Source of the DNA: Octopus sinensis
Taxonomy: Eukaryota
DNA: 64,000 bases
Direction: 5' to 3'
NCBI RefSeq assembly: GCF_006345805.1
Contig: NC_043005.1
Span: 82,894,001-82,958,000, forward strand
Both the position numbers and the translations under genes were made by a program. Positions 23,903 to 36,535 of the stretch are shown piece by piece (the stretch's first letter is position 1; each line of letters opens with the position of its first letter). The notes beneath the pieces are model-generated. The model saw only the letters and a list, made by a program, of their open reading frames with translations. It was not told the origin of the DNA and searched no databases.

Positions 23903-25935
23903 ATGTATATACTCACATAAATATATGTCTACAGATATGTGTGTTTATGTATATCATACATATATATATAATATACATTTATATACATTTATATATATAT
24001 ACATATATAAGTATACAAACACGCACGCACACCACACACACACACAAACATGCACACATATACACACAGTCATACTTATTGGAAAAAGCTCGGTGATTCA
24101 TATCCTTGTTGCTCAGAAATCCTCATTCATGAAGTAAACATTGACTGTACAAGCTATGTACAGAGAATATCACTCTAGCTGTAAATATAATGGTAGGCCG
24201 ATTCTCATTGTCTTTGCGAACCACATTGTTGAATCTGATTCAGCTGATTCAGGCTTACCCGGATGAAACTATATTTTTATTTAAAGAAAGACTACCTTTT
24301 CGGGACCTGTGAACATGAGACTGAATAATTCTTCGGAGCTCCTCAGAAGTAGAGTATGTCTTGTCAGAGTATCCAGAATTTTTCTGCTTATAAAACCAGA
24401 AATGTTTTCATTCCTTAAAAGAAGGCGTTTATTTATCAAAGATAGTCTGAGCATCTAGAATATATTCAGTTCCCTGTTCATTAAGTTTCCGGGCAAATGG
24501 GTGAAGATACCTTTCAAAAACCCACAGTCACCTTTGGGCAGGGTACATTTTCTGATGCAATCAATTATAACTGCTGCTGCAGCTCTGTTGGCTTTATGGT
24601 GTTTTAATGTTTTTTGTCGTAGGATTTCACAGTGAGGATATTAGCAATTAAAGATTATATGAGATGTTACATTTAGAAGATTTAGAAAGTATTTGATAGC
24701 AATATTTGAAGTATTTTATGGAATATGATTATTAACAATAATTAACGTCTACCAACTAACAAGAAATAACAATATATTTCCGAAGAAGCAAAACCTACCA
24801 TTAGGGCACGCAAAATCGGGCGTTCTATACATCTATAGAAATTCTGCTACTCCAGTTATAACTAGGAAACATGTAGCTGATATAAATAGGCTTGTCTCTG
24901 GTATATACGCGTTAAGTGGGGCAATCGTAACAGAGTTGCGCCAATATAGCAAAAAGAAGCGGATTCAACAAGGACATAGGATAAATAGAGAAACAACCCC
25001 AGCACTACAGCCGCACACCAGAGATGAAACAGAACTACGTATATAATCTAGTTTGATACACAGTATAGCTTATATGTTAGCACAAGCAGAGCCAGAAATT
25101 TTGAAGATCAAGTAAAACAAACACTTCCAACCGACACACCTATACGATATACATAACAACAACACCATAGTAAAGTAAGTTATTCTCATGTGGACACCAT
25201 CACATTCTACATAACGCTAAAACTTAAACTACTCCCAAACAGTCAGTAACTCAGCAGACAACTTGTAACCGTCGAAATCATTCTATTTCTCCATCGAGGG
25301 GATACATCCGCACCAAAGATGTTGTATATTGAGTATTCATAACAGCTGTGGATAGAATTGAAGGAAACAAAACGAGAATTACTGCAAGCTATTTCAATCT
25401 CCATTGCTACAAAAAACTCTGCGAGTTTAAAACAGGTACAAATGAAAACTACATATCTGTTCTTTCTTAGGAAACTTGGGTGATTTGAACGCCTTCCATA
25501 ACTTCGTCTGTATGTCACTCTATAATTCAAGTGTTCATAAAAGAGAAGCATCGGATAAATGATCTGTCCCATAGCTGAAACCAAACGACCATATCTCTTA
25601 ACCGGATGACCAGGGATATTTTATAACAGCTGCAATCGGAACTGGTTTCTTCTAAATAGTTTCCAGATAACTGAAAACACCATTGTCACCACAGAAAATG
25701 ATAAAGTATGATTTTAGGGGATAACAGGTCGATTGTCCTACAAGACAACAATCTTGATGAGAAAATCCTCTCTTTCTAAACTGCAAAAATCTAGTGCCTA
25801 ATGTATTTGACTGTGTCCATCATCAGTACGAGTAAGTCCGTTTGGATGTAGGAAGTTGTCTGTTTATCACTGCATGTTTGTATGTATGTATGAGTGTTTG
25901 GGATAAGTAGACACATATACACACTACTACACACG

Positions 25936-26006
<71 letters not shown>

Positions 26007-26393
26007 TTGGGAGTAAATATGCATTTATATATACTTCTTTTATATGTGTGCATATATGTATTTTTTTATGTATGGATGTATGTATGTATGTATGATTGTA
26101 TAAGTACGTGATGGGGTTCTATAGCTGTGAATGGATATATACATAAATTTCTCGAGAAAAAAATTTGAAAGAAGCGAGAAAGCTTTGAGAAAACGACTGA
26201 AAAAATATCTCCAAGAAGCTATAATGCAAACTTCCATACAAATACAAAAATAATGGTGAAGGTTTGAATGACCAGCACATAGAATGCAGTGAGGAAGGGT
26301 AACTGTCACAGGCAAGAAAGAATAGAATATTGATAAATAACTAACATTCACCAACACTCTTTACATATGTACACGCGTACGCCAAGACAATTA

Positions 26394-26445
<52 letters not shown>

Positions 26446-27399
26446 GTGTGTGTGTGTGTGTGTGTATATACAGGTATATATAATAGACAGACAGACAGAG
26501 GAAGAGAGAGTTTGTGTGCTTGTGTGTGTGTACGGGCAAATTTTGACAGCTTGCATAAAGGAAAAGTAAACACAATACACCACCCCAAACAGAAGTGTTT
26601 GGAAAATTCAGACATTAACTACGTATGTTATGAGAGAAAAATTACAGTTTATTCAAAGTAGCGGCACTCAGCTTTCTTCTATGTCCTCAAGACAGCTCGG
26701 AAACCTGGTACGTGTATTCCTCCCTACTTCCTTACGAGGATCTCCGAATACCTCTGTGATAATGAACAACACCCGGACCTTGGTTCCGTAGACGGAGCAG
26801 TTGGTGTGTTTCTCAACCACTCGATATAGTGGTAATATATAGAATTACCTCGACATAGAGTAATATATAGGATTAGGATCGAAGAAATTAGAAGGCCAGA
26901 AATTGGGGCTGGTCAAAACTAGGAATACTCCGACAACTACTTCTGACAAGTAGACGAACCCTTCTGCTACACATATGTCCTTCTAACAGCAACCTTCTGC
27001 AGCCAGGCATTGACCACAGACTGCAGCACCTTCACATCGCCGTCTGAATAAACGAACACACACATACTCTACTGTATGCTAATGCCGTTTAGGTATTTTA
27101 ACATCGCTGTTAAATTTTCTGGGATGAAACCTTTCCGTTTTGGTCAATTATTTCATTTGAGATAATTTTCGTTAAAATTAAGAGTTAAATAACTAAGCAC
27201 AATGTATAATAAGGGATTCACAACTTAAAAATCACTCACTCAAACGTTTCTGAAGGGCCACAGAGCCAAACTCTGTCAAATATTTTTCATTGTTTCTGTG
27301 TAGAGAGAAATTTTCCACTTCAGTATTTTATTTCTTCCTTAAATATTTTTTAAAATTCATCCTACGATGCTAAAAAAATGAAGAGACAGTCCACGCCGC

Positions 27400-27595
27400 T
27401 CCGGCAGAAGGTAATGGCGAACTTCTGCTGACTCTTCTGCCACAACTTTTTCTCACTCTTTCCTCCTACATCTTGCAGCTCACCTGCGACGGACCGGCGA
27501 CGGACCGGCGTCCCATCCAGGTGGGGAACCTAGACATCAAGGAAACCGGGAAACCGGTCCTTATGAGCCAGGCATGGTTCGAGAAGGAACAAACA
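27400..27595 (+). mobile_element. Probable retroposon 3' portion (SINE-like body and tail)
   Basis: GC-rich island CTCACCTGCGACGGACCGGCGTCCCATCCAGG...GAAACCGG..ATGAGCC..GAGAAGGAAC ending in (ACAA)n; resembles conserved SINE body/tail sequences, family unassigned. Confidence 0.4.
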
Positions 27596-27859
27596 ACAAA
27601 ACATTCGTTATATTGATCAATATTTAAAAACAAAACTGTGGCTTGGTTATTCGATAATTTTGTTTTAAGGAATCACCAAGTTTTTAGCTTCTTTACATGT
27701 GTCTAAGGAAATATTAAAGGGTAGCTTATAATCCGCTCTAAAACAGACATAAACTCTTCCGACGCGATAAGCTTGCTGTGATAGTGTTCATCCCAGAATC
27801 ACGCTCATGCTAAAAGTTTAAATATTACCTGCAATCTTATGAGATTTTTTTTTCAATTT

Positions 27860-28421
27860 TCTAGGGATTGTATTAAATTTTGAACGTAATTCTACAGAAA
27901 TCAAATATTCAAGAATAGCGAATATTCACAAAATCCTAATCCTTTAGCATATATCTAGGAACACGTCAAAAAGATCTGTATATCTCTTAAGCCAATAGTT
28001 CCAGTAGGGACAGCCTTTCATTCCTATTGACTCGTATCAAAGGATAACTTTTGTGAAATATTTCTGATTAATTCTTATTTGAATATTTCAGGTAAATAAT
28101 ATCGTCTCCAGCAAATATAGTAATATTCCGTCGAGTGAGCTTCGTTTAACGGTTTACCTTTTGATAGATCCACGTATTATTATTTGTTTTTATGTGTACG
28201 TAAATGTTAATGTGTGTACGGATGCGTCTGTTTGGAATATATTCATTCTCATTTGAATGTGGATGTTTTAGAACAAGCCATACTGCGGTAGATACCATGA
28301 GAGAAATCCACATATTAGCTTTGATTCAAAATGCACTTTTTTTATATCGCTAGCAGGGATACTACCTCTGTCGGTTATATATATATATGTATGTATGTAT
28401 GTAGGTAGGTAGGTAGATATG

Positions 28422-28491
<70 letters not shown>

Positions 28492-28593
28492 TATATATCT
28501 ATAGCTATGTATGTATTACATATATGTAATACATCATAGATATAGATATATATGCATATATATCTATATCTATGTATGTATTACATATATGTA

Positions 28594-28630
<37 letters not shown>

Positions 28631-28633
28631 GTA

Positions 28634-28720
<87 letters not shown>

Positions 28721-29130
28721 TATATATATATTGTCTCTATCTGTATGTGTGTGTGTGTGTTACAAATATGCACATATGTATTAGGAATTTTTTAAAAAAT
28801 CATATGCGATAATTCACGAAATTATCAAAGAGTAAACAGTCAAATGAAACCAACTCGCCCGAATAAAATTAGATTTGGTAGAAACGATATTCTTTACCAG
28901 AAATATTCAAAGAAGGATTAATCAGAAGTATTTCACAAAAGATATCTTTTGATACGAGTCAATAAAGATGAAAGGATTTTCCTTACCGGAACTATTGGCT
29001 TAAGAGATGTGCTGATCTTTTCGTGTGTTTCTTGATATTACGCTAACGGATTTGGTTTTCTGTATAATCTATAATTCTCAAATATGTTTTCAGTAGAAAT
29101 ACCTTCAAAATGCATTAGGATCCCTATTCT
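27860..29130. repeat. Diverged long inverted repeat (~320 bp arms) around a (TA)-rich core
   Basis: 27860-28180 matches the reverse complement of 28800-29130, for example ATCTCTTAAGCCAATAGTTCC and ATTGACTCGTATCAAA. Confidence 0.85.
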
Positions 29131-29189
29131 ATTACATTTTGAATTTCCCCACCCATGCTTCAACCGAAAACAGTAACAGACTACACCAC

Positions 29190-29330
29190 CTGTGTTACTG
29201 ATTTCGAACTTTAGCACAGGGACAACAAGTTCGGGGTAGCGGGTAAGTTAATTACATCGACCACAGTACTCAACTACTACGGATTTTATCGCATCTGGTT
29301 GAAAGGCAAAGCCATCAAGCAGATTGGATT
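29190..29330 (-). mobile_element. SINE family A, 3' part, diverged
   Basis: GGTAAGTTAATTACATCGACCACAGT..GAAAGGCAAAG is the reverse complement of the family A body. Confidence 0.55.
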
Positions 29331-29821
29331 TTCATGTAAGTTAGTCGGCACCCTTATGTGTGTGTGGCATTGTAGCAACAATAGTCACGCATACATAACC
29401 ATTATATATATCTGAGTATGTGCGCGCGTGAGAGAGAGAGACAGAGTTGTTTATTATACATTCCACCAACATAGCGGAAGTCAGATATCTCAAAGGAACC
29501 TACTTAACACATAATATACATAAGTTAATACTTCACTTATTCAATATAGGGAAATAAAATCCTTTCTCCAACTGTAATCCAAGATGTTAGTAACGAAAGT
29601 CAACCCCATAAATGCTTTAAAAAATCTGAAAACATTAAACAAAAATGAATACCTCCAATACGTTCAGATACGAGAAATATATGTATATTATAGGCAATGC
29701 AAACTAGAGGTGATTTGGTTACAAAAACGAATTGGTGTAAGTAACGTTTATATTTCGGTATTACATCACTTCCTCAGTAAAATGTATCCTACACAGATGG
29801 AAAGTACAAGATTGATCAATT

Positions 29822-29871
<50 letters not shown>

Positions 29872-30001
29872 ATATATATATTTTGCAATTAGGACAACCA
29901 CTTAATAAGGAAAACTTAACAAGAAATTGTCAGGTAGATAGCGTAAAAACCTCATAAGAGAAAAAATTTCGAAAATAATTATTTCTTATTGAACATATTA
30001 A

Positions 30002-30312
30002 TTTATATATAGAGGGCATAATTATACATACATGCCAGGAGGCATTATATATACCTGCCAAACGCTAAGAGGGACAATCAGTCATTTCTACCAAAAATAT
30101 TACTAATCCCACCGAATGCAATTTTTCAAAGTAAGACATTTAAAAATATATATTTTTAAAAAATATATTTTTAAATGTCTTACTTTGAAAAATTGCATTC
30201 GGTGGGATTAGTAATATTTTTGGTAGAAATGACTGATTGTCCCTCTTAGCGTTTGGCAGGTATATATAATGCCTCCTGGCATGTATGTATAATTATGCCC
30301 TCTATATATAAA
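30002..30312. repeat. Perfect palindrome with ~150 bp arms and an 11 nt A/T spacer
   Basis: 30002-30151 is the reverse complement of 30163-30312; no mismatches seen. Confidence 0.95.
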
Positions 30313-30345
30313 ATATATATATATATATATATATGTACATATACA

Positions 30346-30540
30346 TCTCTTCCTGTCAGGTGTCCCAGATGAACTTCACGGCAGGTGGTGCAGATGAGGG
30401 CAGCTGCATCAAACTCTCTCATGCACCAAATGTCAATTGCTAAAAAGCATTCGTGAAGAAAAATCATAAAGCAACACCGAATGGCGGTGCCCCAGCCTGG
30501 CCACAGCTCGTGAGCTAAAACTAAATGAAATGAAAATGAA

Positions 30541-30541
<1 letters not shown>
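30346..30541 (+). mobile_element. CR1-like LINE 3' end (C-terminus, 3'UTR and tail)
   Basis: LFLSGVPDE then (frameshift) RQVVQMRAAASNSLMHQ matches the CR1-group C-terminal motif FL..VPD.P....RAA.SNSL; followed by GGCGGTGCCCCAGCCTGGCCACAG and a (TGAAA)n tail. Confidence 0.7.
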
Positions 30542-30585
<44 letters not shown>

Positions 30586-31292
30586 GAGAGAGAGAGGTAT
30601 ACAGAATATAGTGACGCTCTAATGACTGTCAACAATACGGCATTGAGGATATACATGAAGGCGTCTATCAGAGAATGTTCAGTACCAAAAAGAAAATAGT
30701 GAATAAATAGTTAAATAACGTTGATTATAACATGACTCTACCAAAGAAAAAAAATATTTTTGTTTTAATTTAACAATTCAATTTTAAAGTTTTCTCCAAA
30801 ATTATTTCACTTGTAGTGAGAAAAAAAAATCTTTTGGAAACACTCCTTATGAAACAGATACTTAATAAACTATCAAAATGAAAGTTTTGGAAAATAAGAA
30901 AGAGGAAGAAGGAAGTTTTATTGTATTCTGCACACTGAAAATCTAAAAAGAAAAAAAACTGCATTCACTTCCTTTTAGCGAAAAGCATCAGATGCGAGTG
31001 GATTTTACCTCAGCTACGATTAAAGATTTTGCTGTCATCCATCAATACAATTGTTCCGAAAAGAGACATGCTGTCGCTTTTCAAATACAAAACAGGTTTA
31101 TATTTTTATAGTTTTTCTTTTTCTGTATATAGTTTTTCTTTTCTTTTCCTCAAATATTTCACTAATGCATACACTCCGGGCATACATGAGTGTGTGTGTG
31201 TGTGTATGTGTGTGTGTGTGTGTGTGTGTCTGGGTGTGTGAGTCCACATATACACGTATATATGTGCGTCTATGTATGTATATGTGCGAGTC

Positions 31293-31329
<37 letters not shown>

Positions 31330-31470
31330 ATACACTCACACACACACACAGATATATATATGTATAGATGCATATATGAATATTTAATCATAAAACTACA
31401 GACATGCAGACATATATGGATATAGATATTCATGTATACATGCATACAAACGAAAGCATATGATTCGTTT

Positions 31471-31530
<60 letters not shown>

Positions 31531-31589
31531 TGCATGTATGTATGTATGTATGTATAATGCACTGTTCCTTTAGATAAATCATAAATACA

Positions 31590-31631
<42 letters not shown>

Positions 31632-32284
31632 ATATATATATATATATATATATATATGTCACTTGATGTTAATACGATATGAGCACAGATGGTTTCCAGT
31701 AAACTTCGCTGTACTTATGTCAAAGGAGAATGAAAATGTGATTGGCAAGTCTAGATCGCTTTGAATTGTAACTTAATAGAGACGCCAAACATTCTATACT
31801 GATACCATTTCTATTGAGATTAAACGTTCAAATACGATATATACGATTTTTCTTGCCAATAATGTTAATAAATTACTTTTTGTTCGACGTTTGTGTCTAT
31901 AACCTGTATTATTCTTGCATTGCCTGGGTCCTAAAAGATAAAAAAGGAAACCAAACCTCTTAGTAAACAATTTTTATTGCGTTTTGTATGTATTTTAATT
32001 TGAAATCAGTCATAACGGGAAAGTACAAAGATTTAGTGGTCAAAACCTATGTGACATGTTTTTAATGTGAATTTTGCATTTACTTATTGCAACAGTTATT
32101 TTATGTACGATTGTTTCAGAAAACCTGAGTTCTGGATTCGTTTGCTATGGAAGGATTGTCCTTTCAAAACTCAAAGGTTTACAGTGGCCAAAATGTAGGA
32201 CACAAGAGCTCACACTGCAGACCAAAGTTAGGATGGTCGAACATAAAAATTCTACACTTTTCTCAACGGAAAGTAGAAGCGACA

Positions 32285-32395
32285 CAACAATGAGGAAATT
32301 TGTATGTGTAAAAGTAAACGAGGTGAATATTAAATTACAACTAGATACTGGTAGCGACATCTTGATTATTAATACCGACACATGGATGTGTTTAT
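32285..32395 (+). mobile_element. Gypsy-type LTR retrotransposon aspartic protease remnant
   Basis: VCVKVNEVNIKLQLDTGSDILIINTDTW carries the retropepsin DTG active-site motif. Confidence 0.65.
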
Positions 32396-32409
32396 ATATA
32401 AATGAATAT

Positions 32410-33076
32410 AATTTAACATCAAGTGATCCCCACCGAGTACCTACAAAACAAAATGCAGAAAACTTTGACAGACAACAAATGTAAGCTGTGCAAGATTGAA
32501 GACAGCACATTACTAGCAACTGAGACAGAATGTCTTCCTAATATTATCTACCTATGAGATATGACGCAGTGGTCAGAACGGTCTGGAAAAGGATAACAAA
32601 GAAGAAAACACCTACACACGAAGTTGACAATACCGATGGGTCAAAAGAATATCGGTGGAACTTAAAATTAAGAGCCGTCAAGTTCAAAAACCAATGGCCA
32701 GATATTGTAGTGTAGGATCATTAGGAAAAGTGCTGGGTTGTGAGAATCAGCAGTTATCTCGACACCAATGCGGTTCGAAAAATCCAAGAGAAAGAGGACA
32801 TTTATGGACCATTGATAAACTCAGGACCCACGATACACTTTTAGTGTCAGACATATTATTATTGGAGCAACAGGATACATATCAATCTCTTTGGATACAT
32901 ATCAGTCTCTTTAGCTGAAGTAAGGAATTTGGGTACAGAGAGCAAATCCTTTCTTCATACGCTGTATGGAACAATGAAAATCACGATATATGGAACTATG
33001 AAAATCTGAACGACATGCTTGAGATTTAGGGGATAGTGGTTAAGGCGAGGCACTTGCTTTCGCTACATTACTGGCA

Positions 33077-33080
<4 letters not shown>
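32410..33080 (+). mobile_element. R4/Dong-like LINE 3' region (zinc knuckle, PD-(D/E)xK RLE and C-terminus), decayed
   Basis: PTEYLQNK..DNKCKLCK, PDIVV*D, CWVVRISSYLDTNAVRKIQEKEDIYGPLI, IIGATGYIS and GTMKI*TTCLRF, with a stop near 33035. Confidence 0.8.
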
Positions 33081-33157
<77 letters not shown>

Positions 33158-33159
33158 TA

Positions 33160-33375
33160 TTCAAAATGTGACCGCGTGTGTACCGTTGGCGACTTTTTTT
33201 CCTCTGTCTTCCCTTCTCTGGATCTTTTCTTCTCCTATGTTTCCGACGAAGTGCTCCGCTCGAAACGTTAAACCCTCCTTCTTTCCTTCTTTCCTGAGCC
33301 TCCAATAATACTATATTTGTTCCACGTCCACGCGTTGTTGTGCTTTTTTTGTGCTTTCATGTTTGGATTAACTAT
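33160..33375 (+). mobile_element. Penelope pLTR-like remnant carrying a degenerate minimal hammerhead
   Basis: Pyrimidine-rich segment between (TA)n runs containing GTTTCCGACGAAGTGCTCCGCTCGAAACGTTAAAC. Confidence 0.5.
33239..33273 (+). ncRNA. Degenerate minimal type I hammerhead ribozyme
   Basis: GUUU C(C)GACGA A G(U)GC-UCC-GCUC GAAA CG U U AAAC: helix I 4 bp; two substitutions (U4 to C and one helix II mismatch) away from a canonical fold. Confidence 0.5.
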
Positions 33376-33390
33376 ATATATATATATATA

Positions 33391-33788
33391 GGCGCAGGAG
33401 TGGCTGTGTGGTAAGTAGCTTGCTAACCAGCCACATGGTTCCGGGTTCAGTCCCACTGCGTGGCATCTTGGGCAAGTGCCTTCTGCTATACCCCCGGGCC
33501 GACCAATGCCTTGTGAGTGCATTTGGTAGACGGAAACTGAAAGAAGCCTGTCGTATATATGTATATATATATAAGTGTGTGTGTCTGTGTTTGTCCCCCT
33601 AGCATTGCTTGACAACCGATGCTGGTGTGTTTACGTCCCCGTCACTTAGCGGTTCGGCAAAATATACCGATGGAATAAGTACTGGGCTTACAAAGAATAA
33701 GTCGCGGGGTCGATTTGCTCGACTAAAGGCGGTGCTCCAGCATGGCCGCAATCAAATGACTGAAACAAGTAAAAGAGTAAAAAGAGTA
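33391..33788 (+). mobile_element. SINE family B, full length
   Basis: GGCGCAGGAGTGGCTGTGTGGTAAG head through the GAAACAAGTAAAAGAGT tail; highly similar to 8016. Confidence 0.92.
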
Positions 33789-34391
33789 ATATATATATGC
33801 ACACGCACACACACACATTTCTGGTGTTCTCAGCGCTGGAGGCGGGGTGGTTTTGTCTCCCCGCTAGCGATATAAACAAGAGTCATTTTTCGTCGAAAGC
33901 TAATAGGAGAGGCTTCTCATGGTATCTATTGCAGTATAGTTTTTCCGAACACAATGTCCGCGTTTAAGTGGAGATAAATATTCTCTATCAGTATTAATAT
34001 TTGTTCTGTCGTTAATATATAAAACAGTTATGTAGGTGTGTAATCACGCGTACGTGTGAATGTGTATAGATGTACCACATATTAACGTATATAAACACAA
34101 ATAGCTTGAACCGAAGTATAAAACTCCATTTGGTGTTCATATTTAAGAGACCGGGGAAAAAATATCTCCCTTACACAAACAATCAAGTCGTAACTCCCTG
34201 TAAAACGGGAGACGTTTTCCTTCTTTATACACGTATTTCAAAATCATTAATATATAAAAATATAAACATGCCAGATTACTTTGACCAAGTAAATATTCCG
34301 TGTAACTACATTCGTTTCAGCTTTTATTTGGCTTTATACACATTAATACTGCATCTTTTCTTGCCTTGAATTTCTGGCTAGTAATTCATTT

Positions 34392-34467
<76 letters not shown>

Positions 34468-34609
34468 TATATGTATGTATGTATGTATGTATCTATTTAT
34501 CTATATGTGTGTGTGTGCACATAAATTGAATTCTATCATATATTATAAGTATATCCTATATATACATGCATATATATATTATGTGTATATGTAAGTATAT
34601 ATATATACA

Positions 34610-34731
<122 letters not shown>

Positions 34732-34927
34732 GGTATATGTATATGTAAATTCCTTCCGTTTCGATTTCCATTTTTATTTTTCCCTGATTTCATCTATATT
34801 CGATTTGTTTCCATTCAGATCATAATACTTGGTTGAGTTTGTTTCGTACGTAAGTTAATCTGTTCTGAATACTAATTCACATTACTGTGTATTTTTTTTT
34901 TAGTTGCTTATATTTTAGTTTTTGCTT

Positions 34928-34979
<52 letters not shown>

Positions 34980-35276
34980 AATTTTTTCTATCTTCTGCTC
35001 AGTAATTCATAATTATTTGTATTAATATTTTTAAGCATTTCATATAGATTCGTAAAACAGTGTGAAAAAATATTTTGTAATTCATATTTGTGCTTGAATT
35101 CATCTGTCTTTAACATGTGTACATACATACATTCACAAACATATATGTACACACATATAGATACAAACGCACACGCTAATATAGTTATTGATACAAGTAA
35201 GCACACACACACAGACACACCCACACACATATATATATATATATATATAAATATACATATATATACACACACACAA

Positions 35277-35334
<58 letters not shown>

Positions 35335-35829
35335 GTATGTATGCATGTATGTATACATATACACAAATACATGTCCACACATGTAAGTATTCTGTATTTG
35401 TATACACATTGCTGTCACTAGGGATATCTGTATACTTTGTATGCAAATGATAAACTATGTTGTAGTTATGAAAAGTAAGTGAATTTGACGCTGTTGAGAA
35501 TTGGAAATCATAAACTATGTCATGCAACGAATGCAGTTCGGTGCATTTCATTCCCACCAACTATTCCCACCACTGTTCTCCCTCTTTATGTGTGTGTTTG
35601 TTTCTTGTGTGTGTGCGTGTGTGTGCATGTGTGTGTATGCACGCGTGTTTGTGTTTGTGTGTATGTGTGTATATATTTTAACTTGTTTCGGCCATTGGAA
35701 TCCGGGAAATTTGGTCACCACCAAGTGTTTTTTCGAACGAACCGCCCCCAGTAAGTTTAGTTACATTAACATAAAAAAAACAAGGGGACAAATTCAAACA
35801 CCCACACACACATATACATACGTATGTTC

Positions 35830-35860
<31 letters not shown>

Positions 35861-35878
35861 TGTATGTATGTATGTATG

Positions 35879-35912
<34 letters not shown>

Positions 35913-36011
35913 TGTATGTATTGGCTAACAAAAATAGTATGCAGTTTAATGCAATGAATTTTCAGGCACCCCACTATAGTTACTCGGTGTTGTTTTCGGT
36001 ATTGTTTTTGG

Positions 36012-36225
36012 TGAAGTAGCGAGTTGAACGGTGCTGTTGTTTCTTACGTCTCCTTAGAACCCATCCAAACACTCACCTGCACAGTGTTGACATCTTGGTA
36101 ATATGCACATGGAATTTTGCATCGTTGCTCTTGTGAACCCCCAGGTCACCCACCGACTCTCACTCTGGGATTGTATTACCTTCTGGTCCAGTGTATTCCA
36201 AATTTATCTTAGTATTGGGCCAATA
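36012..36225 (-). mobile_element. CR1-like LINE RT C-terminal fragment
   Basis: YTGPEGNTIPE*ESVGDLGVHKSNDAKFHVHI..GWVLR matches the CR1-group motif V.DLGV..S.D..F..HI...GW.LR. Confidence 0.7.
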
Positions 36226-36461
36226 GTAGACCCCACGTATATATATATATATATATAATTATATATATATATACACGTGGGTTTTCTGGGGTTTCAAGAT
36301 TCATGAGGCATCATGCCGTGAGCAGGATTAATCTTCCCTCTTCGCTCCTTTGCGGCACATGGGCTCAACTCCCCTCTTCTGTTCATCTGACACCTACTTC
36401 CTTTCTTCATCTGATATCTACTACCTCTCTTCACTCCTTCCTATCTCCTCTCTCCCTATCA

Positions 36462-36535
<74 letters not shown>

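Noticed and set aside
24780-25790. 113 aa minus ORF, or plus-frame similarity to an R4 N-terminus
   Set aside because: No diagnostic motif could be confirmed by eye; left unassigned.
35501-36019. Longest ORFs (172 aa here, 190 aa at 34988-35560) as genes
   Set aside because: They stay open only because they cross TG, TA and TATG microsatellites.
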